Source: an uncultured Candidatus Thioglobus sp.
GTDB lineage: Bacteria > Pseudomonadota > Gammaproteobacteria > PS1 > Pseudothioglobaceae
NCBI GenBank assembly: GCA_905620445.1
Contig: CAJQTP010000001.1
Location: forward strand, 13,360 to 77,359
Length of the DNA stretch: 64,000 bases
Reading direction: 5' to 3'
The notes under the pieces are model-generated. The model ran no database searches and had not been told where the DNA came from. It saw nothing but the letters and a program-made list of their open reading frames with translations. Of this stretch, positions 23,409 to 33,498 are shown in pieces. Each line of letters starts with the position of its first letter. Within the stretch, counting starts at the first letter, position 1. The translations under genes and the position numbers were made by a program.

Positions 23409-23495
23409 TGGTACCAGTGGCCGGGGTCGAACCGGCACTCCCGTGAAGGAACCGGATTTTGAATCCGGCGTGTCTACCAATTCCACCACACTGGC
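23409..23495 (-). tRNA. tRNA-Leu(CAA)
   Basis: Reverse complement reads GCCAGTG TGGTGGAATTGGTAGACACG CCGGA-TTCAAAA-TCCGG, variable arm, GGTTCGACCC T-loop, CACTGGT-A-CCA. Confidence 0.96.
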
Positions 23496-23605
23496 TTATC
23501 TATGGCTTAAAAATATTATCTCAGAATTTTTGAAATTATTTTTTTAATAAAATTCATATCAAATTGAGCTTATATATAGTCAAAAGCCTCAATATTAGAG
23601 TGCAT

Positions 23606-23824
23606 TTATTTGTGTCTGAAGGTAATTCTTCCCTTAGTTAGGTCATAAGGAGTCATTTCAACAGTTACCTTGTCGCCAGGTAGTATGCGTATGTAGTGCT
23701 TACGAATCTTTCCAGAAATATGAGCAAGTACGCTATGCCCATTTTCCAATTCAACCTTAAAAGTTGTATTAGGTAATTTTTCTTTTACGACGCCTTCTAA
23801 CTCAATGTAATCACTTTTTGACAT
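23606..23824 (-). CDS. infA: Translation initiation factor IF-1
   Basis: '[14 protein letters not shown]', 'IRILPGDKV', 'PYDLTKGRI'. Confidence 0.98.
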   Translation of the reverse strand: MSKSDYIELEGVVKEKLPNTTFKVELENGHSVLAHISGKIRKHYIRILPGDKVTVEMTPYDLTKGRITFRHK

Positions 23825-23941
23825 ATTTATTTAATAAAAATATTAATTTAAAAAACCAAGTAACATTATACCTAATTACTTTTCATTTTTACAGAATGAA
23901 TCAGAACGAGAGAGTCTCGTCAGTAATAAAAAAACTAAAGA

Positions 23942-24391
23942 TTAATGGAAGTATCTTTTCGAGTGAACCCAGCCTTGAAGTTTTTGAAAATCTGTCTTCT
24001 TTCCAGGTTGGACAATATTTTCTAACTCAACTAGCCTGTCATTTAGCTCATTAAAAGCATTAGTATAATGCTTACTCTTAATAGACTCTTGATATAATTT
24101 TGACTTCAAAGTAGCAATTACAGATACAAGATCTTGGTCATTACTGGCATCGCTAACTTGCTCTCCTTTACTTAACTTGACCTGAGTATCTTGAAAGCGC
24201 TTTAAGTGACGAGTAGCTTCTGACTCATCTAGAGAGTGTATGTTATTAATAGCTAAATTACTAGGATTAAAAGGAGTAATTCTTTCAGAAATATTTAAAT
24301 CTTGGAGGGAACCACGAGTTGTTGGTTGTTGGACGGTAAAACCACTGACGCCAAGTAAGCGTGCCACCCATGAAATACCGAATCTAATCAC
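23942..24391 (-). CDS. Hypothetical protein, possible N-terminal HTH and C-terminal coiled coil
   Basis: 149-aa ORF with GGAG just upstream of GTG; 'SWVARLLGVS' resembles an HTH; heptad-like C-terminus. Confidence 0.65.
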   Translation of the reverse strand: MIRFGISWVARLLGVSGFTVQQPTTRGSLQDLNISERITPFNPSNLAINNIHSLDESEATRHLKRFQDTQVKLSKGEQVSDASNDQDLVSVIATLKSKLYQESIKSKHYTNAFNELNDRLVELENIVQPGKKTDFQKLQGWVHSKRYFH

Positions 24392-24452
24392 CTGAACTCC
24401 CGATATAGTTTAATGTATGTTACACAATCATTTTCTACTTGTGCGATTTTTT

Positions 24453-25181
24453 TTAATTCTTTTCATTGATTAATTCATTTATTAGATCCTGGTCAGAGGG
24501 GTTTAGAGTAACTTTTATATTTTCAAAGCCTAATTTCTCTGCCAAGACTTTAATCTTTTGACTAAAAACAATAAGCTTTCTTGACTTTAGCTTATCAAAA
24601 TTATTAGATGAGTCAAGATTAAATAGGCGAACGACATTGGACAGACTTTCATTACTACTTGCCATTAACACACTCTTAGGATAATTCAAAAATAACTCAA
24701 TTGATTCAGCATGAAGTTTTGAAAATTCACAAGGCACTCGATCATAAACTTCAAGATAATCAACCTGATTCATTTCTATCAAATGGTTTTTGAGCGTTTC
24801 TGAACCCCCCTTACCTCTAACAATAAGAATTTTCTTATTGGTCAATTCTGAACACTCTTGCATTGCCAATAGCTCATTACTTGAAGCATTAGACTTAGGA
24901 AAGCAATCAACTTTAATATCTTTATCAATTAATCTTTGAGCAGTAATAGGGCCAACTGCAAAAACCTTAAACGGCTCTACAAATATCTCATCAAAATAAT
25001 CTTCGGCATAATTAACGGCATTAGTGCTTATAAAAATTATGACATCATATTTCTTATTTAAAACTTCTGTACTTATTTTTTTGACCTCAAAGGCGGGGAA
25101 AAAAGCATAATCAATATTAGCTACTTTTAAAAGTGCTTTGAGATTTTCAGTTTGTGCTAATGGTCGAGTTATAAGTATCAT
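24453..25181 (-). CDS. hemD: Uroporphyrinogen-III synthase
   Basis: 'LITRP', 'IFISTNAV', 'AVGPIT', 'RGKGG', 'VYDR'. Confidence 0.9.
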   Translation of the reverse strand: MILITRPLAQTENLKALLKVANIDYAFFPAFEVKKISTEVLNKKYDVIIFISTNAVNYAEDYFDEIFVEPFKVFAVGPITAQRLIDKDIKVDCFPKSNASSNELLAMQECSELTNKKILIVRGKGGSETLKNHLIEMNQVDYLEVYDRVPCEFSKLHAESIELFLNYPKSVLMASSNESLSNVVRLFNLDSSNNFDKLKSRKLIVFSQKIKVLAEKLGFENIKVTLNPSDQDLINELINEKN

Positions 25182-25330
25182 TGATTCATTATAAATAGAT
25201 GCTTTGAAGATAGTTTTAAATGTTTATTCAGCAACATATTAAACTTTAGTGGTTAAATTAGAACGTCTGTTTTATAAATTCTGACCAAGATGACTTTATA
25301 ATAGACGCCATAATCATCCTATATAACGAT

Positions 25331-26290
25331 ATGTTACTTCCAATTTTATCTCTTCTAACTGGCTTTGTATTGCTAATGTTGAGTGCTGACGCATTCACTG
25401 ATAATGGCGCTAAAATTGCCAGAATATTTAATATTTCACCCCTAGTAATAGGTTTGCTCATTTTTGGCTTTGGCACGTCTGCTCCAGAAATTTTTGTTTC
25501 GGGGCTTGCAGCGTTTGATGGTCATCCTGAAATGAGCATAGGTAATGCATTCGGTTCAAACATTTTTAATATAGGCTTAGTACTAGGAATTACTGCAATA
25601 ATTCTCCCTATTACAGTTGAAAAATCTGTATTAAAAAAAGAATGGCTATTCTTATTTTTATCAACCCTAGTAGCAGGCTTTTTACTATTAGATGGCATTT
25701 TGAGTCTAACTGATGGATTGATACTTCTTGCTTTGCTATCACTATTTCTCGCCAGCGTATTTATAGATTCAAAAAAAAGCAATCATATAGATACCGACAG
25801 TCTTGAAAATAATTCCCAGAATCAAGGAAAAGGAAAGACCTGGGCCCTTTTATGTGTATCTCTTGTCATACTAGTCGCTAGTGCAAAGCTTGTTGTTTGG
25901 GGAGGAACCAGTCTTGCTATATCTTTCAAAGTACCTGAGCTAGTTATTGGACTAACTGTTGTAGCGCTTGGCACAAGCCTTCCTGAGCTAGCAGTTTCCA
26001 TAAGCAGCGCCTTAAAAAAGCAGCATCAAATGGTTATTGGAAATATTATTGGATCAAATTTATTTAACACTTTAGGAGTGCTTGCAATACCAGCATTAAT
26101 TGTGCCTTTTCAAACTCCAATTCTACTTCTGAAAGTTCCACCTGAGGTAATGAGTCGAGACTATATCTCAATGTTAATACTCACCTTTTTAATTGTCATT
26201 CTTTCAATGAGGCTTAAAATTAGTCGTTTCGGTGGATTTATTCTATTGTCTGCTTTGGCTGTTTATCTTTATCAATTGTTTTGGATTTAG
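25331..26290 (+). CDS. yrbG: Calcium/sodium antiporter (YrbG family)
   Basis: Two alpha repeats: 'GTSAPE...GNAFGSN' and 'GTSLPE...GNIIGSN'. Confidence 0.9.
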   Translation: MLLPILSLLTGFVLLMLSADAFTDNGAKIARIFNISPLVIGLLIFGFGTSAPEIFVSGLAAFDGHPEMSIGNAFGSNIFNIGLVLGITAIILPITVEKSVLKKEWLFLFLSTLVAGFLLLDGILSLTDGLILLALLSLFLASVFIDSKKSNHIDTDSLENNSQNQGKGKTWALLCVSLVILVASAKLVVWGGTSLAISFKVPELVIGLTVVALGTSLPELAVSISSALKKQHQMVIGNIIGSNLFNTLGVLAIPALIVPFQTPILLLKVPPEVMSRDYISMLILTFLIVILSMRLKISRFGGFILLSALAVYLYQLFWI

Positions 26291-26739
26291 TTGTTAAAAA
26301 TCTTCATGGCACTCAAGAGCTAGGTAAAAAGCTTGCGCACTGCTGCTCTGACTTACAAAGCTCATGCATAATATATTTAATTGGTGATCTTGGAGCTGGA
26401 AAAACAACGCTAGCACAAAGCTTTATTGGATACTTTGGATTTGATAAAGTAAAAAGCCCCACTTATACATTAGTTGAAAGTTATCAAAATGACATAGTGG
26501 ATATTCATCATTTTGACTGCTATCGACTTAGTGACCCTGAAGAATTAGAATACATTGGAATTCGCGAATATCTTAAGCCAAACAGCCTTCAACTTATAGA
26601 GTGGCCAGAATTGGGTAAAGGAGCTATTGCAACTGCCGATTTATCTATAAAAATTAGTGGTAATGGTGAAGCAAGAATAATAAATGTCACATCTCAAACT
26701 GAAACAGGAAAATTAATTCTAGAATGCGCTATTGGATAA
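26281..26739 (+). CDS. tsaE: tRNA threonylcarbamoyladenosine biosynthesis ATPase
   Basis: 'GDLGAGKTT', 'VKSPTYTLVESY', 'HFDCYRL', 'IEW'. Confidence 0.95.
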   Translation: MDLVVKNLHGTQELGKKLAHCCSDLQSSCIIYLIGDLGAGKTTLAQSFIGYFGFDKVKSPTYTLVESYQNDIVDIHHFDCYRLSDPEELEYIGIREYLKPNSLQLIEWPELGKGAIATADLSIKISGNGEARIINVTSQTETGKLILECAIG

Positions 26740-27848
26740 GTTTAATTTTTGCTCTAATTGTGACTTCTGCATTTAGTGAAGAGAAGACTACGCTTTATGA
26801 TTTTAGGTATTGGACTGCGCCAGATCAAACTCGAATTGTTATCGATAAAGAAGAGGACACACTCTTTAATATAACGAATACTGACAAGGTTGTTGTTATA
26901 AGTTTTGATGATGCTGAAGTATTATCTGAAACTTTTTCAAATATTTTTTTTAAAGATATCAGAATACAAAAAGTCCTTATAAAGCGTGATAAAAAGACTA
27001 TTAAGCTAATCGTACATATTAATAAAAATTTCAAAGTTAGGCACTTTACGTTGCAACCTAACACAAAATATAAATCTCATCGACTCGTGGTAGATATTAT
27101 TGACTTAAAATCTCAATCAGCAGTAAAAGCTTCAAAATCTGTAAAAAAATCAACACAAATAACTCAAAAAATTATCTTAGTTGATGCAGGTCATGGCGGT
27201 GAAGATTCAGGAGCTATAGGTAAAAATAAATCACAAGAAAAGAATGTAAATTTAGCAATTGCCAAAAAACTTGTACTAAAAATTAATAAAAATAGCGATC
27301 TAAAAGCTGTCTTAACTAGGAGTGGTGACTACTATATCCCACTAACTAAAAGAATAACAATAGCGCAAAAAGAAAACGCTACCATGTTTATTTCTATTCA
27401 TGCTGATTCTGTAGAAAGCGCAACTGCAAAAGGCGCTTCGATCTACACCTTAAGTGAGAAAGGAAATAACAGTAAACTAGCCCAACAATTAGAACAATCT
27501 CAGAATCTAGTGGATCAGTTCGGAGGCGTTGAAACGGTCATTGATAATGATCAATTCTTAAAAAATATTTTGACAGATTTTTCAAGGAAAGATCGTGATA
27601 TGCAATCATTTAACCTTGCTAAGGAGATAATCAGTCAGCTTGAAAAAATTGGGCCAATCCATAAAAAAATACCACAAAAAGCTAACTTTGTAGTTCTAAA
27701 ATCTCCCGCCATACCTTCAGTTTTAGTTGAAACTGCTTTTATATCAAACCCAACTCAAGAAAAACGTTTAACCAATAGCAAACAACAGCAAAAAATTGCG
27801 GATTCAATATATCAAGGAATAGTTAATTACTACCGAAAACTAGAATAA
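26724..27848 (+). CDS. amiB: N-acetylmuramoyl-L-alanine amidase (AMIN + Amidase_3 domains)
   Basis: Signal peptide, 'DAGHGGEDSGA', 'SIHAD', 'LVETAFISN'; canonical tsaE-amiB order. Confidence 0.88.
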   Translation: MRYWISLIFALIVTSAFSEEKTTLYDFRYWTAPDQTRIVIDKEEDTLFNITNTDKVVVISFDDAEVLSETFSNIFFKDIRIQKVLIKRDKKTIKLIVHINKNFKVRHFTLQPNTKYKSHRLVVDIIDLKSQSAVKASKSVKKSTQITQKIILVDAGHGGEDSGAIGKNKSQEKNVNLAIAKKLVLKINKNSDLKAVLTRSGDYYIPLTKRITIAQKENATMFISIHADSVESATAKGASIYTLSEKGNNSKLAQQLEQSQNLVDQFGGVETVIDNDQFLKNILTDFSRKDRDMQSFNLAKEIISQLEKIGPIHKKIPQKANFVVLKSPAIPSVLVETAFISNPTQEKRLTNSKQQQKIADSIYQGIVNYYRKLE

Positions 27849-27866
27849 TATTCTACGGCTCTGGGC

Positions 27867-29399
27867 TTAAGTTTCTGAATCTTTAGTTAGAATAATTGCA
27901 TCACTGACCAGTTGATGAACGCTTACAATCATATATGGGTCAAAATCATAATTGGGCAGCACTTTAGAAAACTGAGATTTACATATAGCGCAAATTGCTG
28001 CTAACGTGTTTACGCCATTGTCTTGCTCACTTTGCTTTAAAGCATGCATCCTTGGCTTTGCTCCTTTTATTCTTAAGTCAATAAGATCATCGGTTAATAA
28101 TCCGCCACCGCCACCGCAACAAAAAGTTGCAGACTTTATTGTGGATTTATGCATATCTGAGAAGTTATTGCAAGCAGCTTTGATTACCTCTCTTGGCAAA
28201 ATAAACTGGCCATTTTCAATATCACCCATATTACTTCCACGAGCAACATTACAGGAGTCATGAAAAGTAACAACTCGATGATCATTCTTAGACTTGTCAA
28301 ATGACAACTTATCTCTTTGGATTAAATCATAAGTAAATTCAATCATATGTTGTGGCTGAGGGTAATTACTATCTAATTGGTTTTGAAGTTTTAATGAATA
28401 TTCATCACTCCCCCCACTACCTAAGCCAGTAAGAGTATTCCAAAAACTGTATGCAACTCGCCAAGCATGGCCGCACTCACCAACTACAACACGTTTCACA
28501 TTCAAGTCAAGTGCTGCCTTACGAATTCGCAATGCGCCCTGCCTCATTACATCATAGTTACCAATAAACATGCCAAAATTTGCAGCCTCTGAAGCGTAAG
28601 AACTTAATGTCCAGCTTATTCCGCTTTGATGAAAAACTTTAGCATAACCAATAAGTCCATCAATATGTGGTTCAGCAAAAAAATCTGCTGAAGGGGTAAC
28701 CATTAAAATTTCAGAGTTTTTAATGTCAAGAGGCAGCTTTACACTTGCTCCAGTATCTTCTTCAATCTCTTCCTCTAAGTCAGCTAGCGTATCTCTTAAA
28801 GCTGGCTCAGGCATCCCTAAGTTATTTCCTATTTTATTAATCTTTCCCAATATTTGATTAGGATATTTTTGACCAACACCAATTACATTCATTACCTCGC
28901 GAGCTGCCATTGAAATTTCAGCCGTATCAATTCCAATAGGGCAAAATACTGCACATCTTCGACATTGCGAGCATTGATGAAAATAGTTATACCAATCATC
29001 AAGCATATCTTCATCAAAGTCTTTAGCGCCTACTAGTTTTGGGAAGTACTTTCCAGCAAAAGTAAAGTGCCTCCTATAAACACTTCTAAATAAATCTTGC
29101 CTAGCAACTGGCATATTTTTGGGGTCGGCGGTTCCTAAATAATAGTGGCACTTATCAGTACAAACGCCGCACTTCATGCAGGAATCCAAAAAAACTTGGA
29201 CAGATCTGTATTTGGATTTAGTTTCAGCAATTTTATCTATTGCTATTTGCTGCCAGTTATCTACTTTTTCGCCTGGAAAACCTAGGTCTTTTTGGATATC
29301 TATACTGGCCTTAAAAGGCCCCTTACCAGCCATTGAGTTTTTCTTTATAGGGGGAATTTCAAGATAAGTAGGAAGTTTTTCAATACTATTATTGGGCAC
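27867..29399 (-). CDS. dsrK: DsrK-like iron-sulfur protein (HdrD-like, CCG domain)
   Basis: CMKCGVCTDKC and CSQCRRCAVFC 4Fe-4S motifs, 'GECGH', 'HDSC', 'CCGGGGG', 'CAIC'; follows dsrC-dsrM. Confidence 0.9.
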   Translation of the reverse strand: MPNNSIEKLPTYLEIPPIKKNSMAGKGPFKASIDIQKDLGFPGEKVDNWQQIAIDKIAETKSKYRSVQVFLDSCMKCGVCTDKCHYYLGTADPKNMPVARQDLFRSVYRRHFTFAGKYFPKLVGAKDFDEDMLDDWYNYFHQCSQCRRCAVFCPIGIDTAEISMAAREVMNVIGVGQKYPNQILGKINKIGNNLGMPEPALRDTLADLEEEIEEDTGASVKLPLDIKNSEILMVTPSADFFAEPHIDGLIGYAKVFHQSGISWTLSSYASEAANFGMFIGNYDVMRQGALRIRKAALDLNVKRVVVGECGHAWRVAYSFWNTLTGLGSGGSDEYSLKLQNQLDSNYPQPQHMIEFTYDLIQRDKLSFDKSKNDHRVVTFHDSCNVARGSNMGDIENGQFILPREVIKAACNNFSDMHKSTIKSATFCCGGGGGLLTDDLIDLRIKGAKPRMHALKQSEQDNGVNTLAAICAICKSQFSKVLPNYDFDPYMIVSVHQLVSDAIILTKDSET

Positions 29400-29401
29400 G
29401 A

Positions 29402-30175
29402 TTAACCTCCTTCATCTTGATTGTGCTCGAGATCAATTTTTGTATTTTTTTCTTTTTGCATAGCCCACTTGGAGATGTGTCTCTTCTTACGAGCATTATC
29501 CACCTGATTAAGTGTAGGCGAAAAGAATATACCTGGGCCGTGTAATAATTTTGATATCGGGAAAATAGCTATAAGAAAGAAGACGGGAGCAATGTGAGCT
29601 AAGAAAATCGCCTCTGAGGGCAATTCAGACCACTTAAAAGTAATTAAACCCTCTGCAAAATTTTTCACTAAGAGCATATTTGGATGATTATTCGCAAAGG
29701 TCATCACCATTCCACTAGCCCCTATTACAATTATTAATAGTAACATGAGGTAGTCTGATGGCGCTGAAATATATCTAACTCTATCAACAAAAATCCTTCT
29801 ACCTAATAAGCCGGTCAAACCAAAAATAAGGGGATAAGCGGCATATTTTAACGGTTCAGTTTTAAGTAAGATTAAAGGAATTTCACCCGGCCAAAAATAA
29901 ACCAAATGCCGAAAAAAAAGTAGAACTAGAGCAAGGTGGAAACTCCAACCAAAAAGCCAAGTCCATTTACTTGATTTAAACAGAGTTGCAAATAAAAAAA
30001 CCTCTTTAGAAAGCCTTAATAATACACCAGATTTTTTTAAAGGAGCTGGTGCAATAGGTATTTTAAGTGGCGCAGGAGTGTTCCAATACTGAATAACTTT
30101 ATAAGAAAAACCTGTAATAAAGACCAATACAGAAAAGTAGAAAAAAACTGTAAAAAAAATGCTGATTAATGACAT
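29402..30175 (-). CDS. dsrM: DsrM-like membrane cytochrome b (NarI family)
   Basis: Multi-TM; 'TPAPLKIP', His in 'SFH', 'RHL', 'AHI', 'KLLH'; 'RVRYISAPSDY'. Confidence 0.9.
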   Translation of the reverse strand: MSLISIFFTVFFYFSVLVFITGFSYKVIQYWNTPAPLKIPIAPAPLKKSGVLLRLSKEVFLFATLFKSSKWTWLFGWSFHLALVLLFFRHLVYFWPGEIPLILLKTEPLKYAAYPLIFGLTGLLGRRIFVDRVRYISAPSDYLMLLLIIVIGASGMVMTFANNHPNMLLVKNFAEGLITFKWSELPSEAIFLAHIAPVFFLIAIFPISKLLHGPGIFFSPTLNQVDNARKKRHISKWAMQKEKNTKIDLEHNQDEGG

Positions 30176-30223
30176 ATGACTTATTTTTTATCTCAAAATG
30201 GAAGTCAAAACTTATGAGCCAGG

Positions 30224-30547
30224 CTAAACACACCCTGTTGGCTTTGGAAGTCCGGCGAATCGACAACCCTGCTTTGCAGGACCATATGGAAAAAGTGAAT
30301 AAAGGTAGCGAGAGTTTCCTTTATCATTACCCAGTTTCTTAGCTATTGCCTTAGTTAAAACCCTTACAGCAGGCGCAAAATCATACTCTTTGTAATATTC
30401 TTGCAGGAAATTAATAACCTCCCAATGCTCATTGGATAGCTCTATACCATCCTCTTGTGACATAGCATTAGCAATCTCAATACTCCAATCTGAAACGTTT
30501 AATAAGTAACCCTCTTCATCAACTTCAGCGCCTATTATTTCAGCCAT
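30224..30547 (-). CDS. dsrC: DsrC sulfur-carrier protein; start probably the ATG at 30547 (track start 30559)
   Basis: 'DEEGYL', 'HWEVI', 'LYSLFPYGPAKQG-C-RFAGLPKPTG-C-V'; both C-terminal Cys present (Cys-X10-Cys). Confidence 0.92.
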   Translation of the reverse strand: MAEIIGAEVDEEGYLLNVSDWSIEIANAMSQEDGIELSNEHWEVINFLQEYYKEYDFAPAVRVLTKAIAKKLGNDKGNSRYLYSLFPYGPAKQGCRFAGLPKPTGCV

Positions 30548-30563
30548 AACTATTCTCAATCCT

Positions 30564-32003
30564 TTAAGAGTTTACTAAAAAATTATTTACACTATTTGCT
30601 ACGCCGCGACCTTCGTTGATTGCCCAAACAACTAATGATTGGCCTCTTCGACAATCTCCAGCTGAGAAAATTCCTTTTTGAGAGGTGGCATACTCACCAT
30701 GCTCAGCTTTATAATTTCCGCGCTCATCAATATCGATATTTGCATCTTCACTTAGATAGTGCTCCGGGGAAAGAAATCCCATTGAAAGAAGAACCAGCTC
30801 AGTATCCCAAGTTTTTTCAGTTCCATCAATTTCATGTAATTTACCATCTGCAAACTCAACATTAACTGTTTTTATACCACTAACATGACCATCATTGTCT
30901 TTTATAAAAGCCTTTGTAAGTAACTGGTAATGTCTTGGATCTTTACCAAAAACCTTACTAGATTCTTCATGACCATAGTCGACACGAAAAATTACTGGCC
31001 ACTCTGGCCAAGGATTAGTTTCTGAGCGAGCCTCTGGTGGCTGACTCATTAATTCAAAGTTAATTATAGACTTAGCGCCCTGGCGAAGAGAGGTGCCTAT
31101 ACAGTCTGTTCCTGTGTCACCACCGCCAATTACAATAACATTTTTGCCTTTAGCAGAGAGCTCACTGTTATCTGCATAGCCATTATCCAAAAGACTTTTA
31201 GTATTGGAAGTCAAATAATCCATGGCAGGATAAATCCCAATAGCATTTCGATTTTCAGCCGGCAGGTCTCTTGCCTTTGTTGCGCCAGTTGTAAAAACAA
31301 CAGCATCAAATAATTTTTGCAAATCTTTCGTTGAGACATCCTTACCAATATCAGTATTAGTAATAAACTCAACGCCCTCTTGTCTTAATAAATCTACGCG
31401 GCGATCGACAACATCTTTTCCTAGTTTCATATTAGGAATGCCATACATTAGAAGACCACCAATACGGTCACTTCGCTCATAAACAGTTACGGAGTAACCC
31501 ATTTGATTAAGTTCATCAGCAGCAGCTAAGCCTGCTGGTCCAGAGCCTACTAAGGCAACTTTTTTTCCAATTCGAGTATTAACTGGTCTCGCTTTAATCC
31601 AGCCCTCATCAAAACCTTTATCAACTATAGCTAACTCAATATTTTTGATTGTAACCGCTGGATTATTTAATCCAAGAACACACGAACCCTCACATGGGGC
31701 AGGACAGACTCTTCCTGTAAACTCAGGAAAGTTATTTGTTTTCTCTAATCTCTCTAATGCCTCTTTCCATTCATTATTGTAAACAAGGTCATTCCATTCA
31801 GGAATCAAATTATCTATTGGGCATCCACTTGAAGACTGACAAAATGGAACCCCACAATCCATGCAACGAGAACCTTGCTGTTGAAGTTGATCTAAATTAT
31901 GGTTGCCAGAAAAGATCTCACCAAAATCCTTAATACGAATTTCTACTTCACGATAGGATTCAACCTGCCTATCTAGCTCTAAAAATCCCGTTACTTTACC
32001 CAT
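30564..32003 (-). CDS. gltD: Glutamate synthase small subunit (GltD-type Fe-S flavoprotein)
   Basis: 'MGKVTGF', '[10 protein letters not shown]', 'GRVCPAPCE', 'GSGPAG', 'GGGDTGTDC', '[14 protein letters not shown]'. Confidence 0.92.
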   Translation of the reverse strand: MGKVTGFLELDRQVESYREVEIRIKDFGEIFSGNHNLDQLQQQGSRCMDCGVPFCQSSSGCPIDNLIPEWNDLVYNNEWKEALERLEKTNNFPEFTGRVCPAPCEGSCVLGLNNPAVTIKNIELAIVDKGFDEGWIKARPVNTRIGKKVALVGSGPAGLAAADELNQMGYSVTVYERSDRIGGLLMYGIPNMKLGKDVVDRRVDLLRQEGVEFITNTDIGKDVSTKDLQKLFDAVVFTTGATKARDLPAENRNAIGIYPAMDYLTSNTKSLLDNGYADNSELSAKGKNVIVIGGGDTGTDCIGTSLRQGAKSIINFELMSQPPEARSETNPWPEWPVIFRVDYGHEESSKVFGKDPRHYQLLTKAFIKDNDGHVSGIKTVNVEFADGKLHEIDGTEKTWDTELVLLSMGFLSPEHYLSEDANIDIDERGNYKAEHGEYATSQKGIFSAGDCRRGQSLVVWAINEGRGVANSVNNFLVNS

Positions 32004-32166
32004 TATCTGTTTTTTAAAAATATTATTTTGATTATCTCATATTATGGTTAAAGCATTTAAAAAAATAATATGATTAATATCTATTTAATAGCCTTTAGCT
32101 CCTTGTGTAGGAAAGAAAAAATATGTATAATTACGGCTTTTTTAGAAACCCTTAAAAGGTAGAAAC

Positions 32167-32517
32167 GTGAATTTAATTGATCAAATTGAAAGTGAGCAAC
32201 TAAGATCGGACATTCCTGAATTTTCTTCAGGAGATACTGTAGTGGTTCAAGTAAAGGTCCGTGAAGGAACTCGTGAGAGATTACAGGCCTTTGAAGGAGT
32301 AGTTATTGCAATAAAAAACCGCGGTATAAGCTCTGCGTTTACTGTTCGTAAAATATCTCATGGTGAAGGAGTTGAAAGAGTTTTTCAAACTCATTCCACT
32401 ATGATTGATAGCGTAACAGTCAAACGAAGTGGTAAAGTTCGCCAAGCAAAACTTTATTACCTGAGAGGACTTACAGGTAAAGCTGCCCGTATTAAAGAAA
32501 AACTTAAAAAGAAATAA
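32167..32517 (+). CDS. rplS: 50S ribosomal protein L19
   Basis: 'RLQAFEG', 'TVRKIS', 'GVERVF', 'AKLYYLR'. Confidence 0.98.
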   Translation: MNLIDQIESEQLRSDIPEFSSGDTVVVQVKVREGTRERLQAFEGVVIAIKNRGISSAFTVRKISHGEGVERVFQTHSTMIDSVTVKRSGKVRQAKLYYLRGLTGKAARIKEKLKKK

Positions 32518-32535
32518 TCATTTTATTTGAATTCT

Positions 32536-32563
32536 AAATGCCAGTTTTACTGGCATTTTTTTT
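32536..32563 (+). terminator. Rho-independent terminator after rplS
   Basis: AAATGCCAGT-TTT-ACTGGCATTT hairpin followed by a T run. Confidence 0.85.
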
Positions 32564-32600
32564 GCCCCATGTTCAATATACTCAAGTAGAATAATCCCAA

Positions 32601-33482
32601 ATGAATAATGATCTGATAGACCAATTTATTGATTTCTACTGGCTGACAACTGGCGCCAGTAAAAATACCTTAAGTGCGTATCGCTCTGATCTTAAAATTT
32701 TTAGTAAGTGGCTTAATGATAATTTGCTTATAGATGTTGATAAAAAACAGATTCAAGATTATTTTTCATATAGAAAAGATTCAAATATAAGCGCCTCAAC
32801 ACAGTCTAGAATGCTAACTTGTCTGCATTCTTTCTATCAATATTTAGCTGACAAACATAATTTAAAAATTGACCCGACTGAACAATTAGATTATCCAAAA
32901 TTAGAAAAAAAATTACCTGTTTTTCTAAATGTTCAAGAGGTTGAGAAATTATTAGAGACGCCTAGTAGTAAATCGTTACTTGGCCAAAGAGACCGAGCAA
33001 TGCTCGAATTACTCTACTCTTGCGGACTCCGAGTTTCTGAACTAATTAATTTAAGTTACCACAACATCAATCTAAAAGATGAATTTATACGTATTCATGG
33101 AAAAGGAAATAAAGAAAGATTACTCCCAATGGGCGAAATTGCAATTGATTATTTAACAAAATATGAACTCAACTCAAGACCAACACTTTTAAAAAATGGC
33201 CAGAATGATAGTTACTTTTTATCCAATCGAGGAATGGCAATGTCTCGACAAAATTTCTTCTACATTATTAAAGATTATGCATTGAAAGCAGGAATAGACA
33301 AACCGCTCTCTCCTCACTCTCTAAGGCATGCCTTTGCTACTCATCTTGTCCAAAAAGGAGCTGACCTTCGCTCTGTTCAATTAATGCTTGGACATAGCGA
33401 TATTTCAAGCACTCAGCTCTACACTCATATTCAAAATGCGCAACTTAAGACGCAGCATCAAAAACACCATCCAAGAGGATAA
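32601..33482 (+). CDS. xerD: Tyrosine recombinase XerD
   Basis: 'RDRAMLELLYSCGLRVSE', 'SPHSLRHAFATHL', 'LGHSDISSTQLY', C-terminal 'HHPRG'. Confidence 0.95.
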   Translation: MNNDLIDQFIDFYWLTTGASKNTLSAYRSDLKIFSKWLNDNLLIDVDKKQIQDYFSYRKDSNISASTQSRMLTCLHSFYQYLADKHNLKIDPTEQLDYPKLEKKLPVFLNVQEVEKLLETPSSKSLLGQRDRAMLELLYSCGLRVSELINLSYHNINLKDEFIRIHGKGNKERLLPMGEIAIDYLTKYELNSRPTLLKNGQNDSYFLSNRGMAMSRQNFFYIIKDYALKAGIDKPLSPHSLRHAFATHLVQKGADLRSVQLMLGHSDISSTQLYTHIQNAQLKTQHQKHHPRG

Positions 33483-33498
33483 AACACTAGACTAAAGT

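Noticed and set aside
30564-32003. Calling the flavoprotein DsrL
   Set aside because: It is 479 aa with a GltD-type N-terminus and lacks DsrL's C-terminal ferredoxin extension.
32167-32517. rplS separated from rpsP-rimM-trmD, and thiG separated from thiS
   Set aside because: Consistent with general operon shuffling across this window; no specific signal.
32601-33482. Integrase of a mobile element
   Set aside because: Sequence is typical chromosomal XerD (C-terminal HHPRG); no att repeats or cargo are evident.
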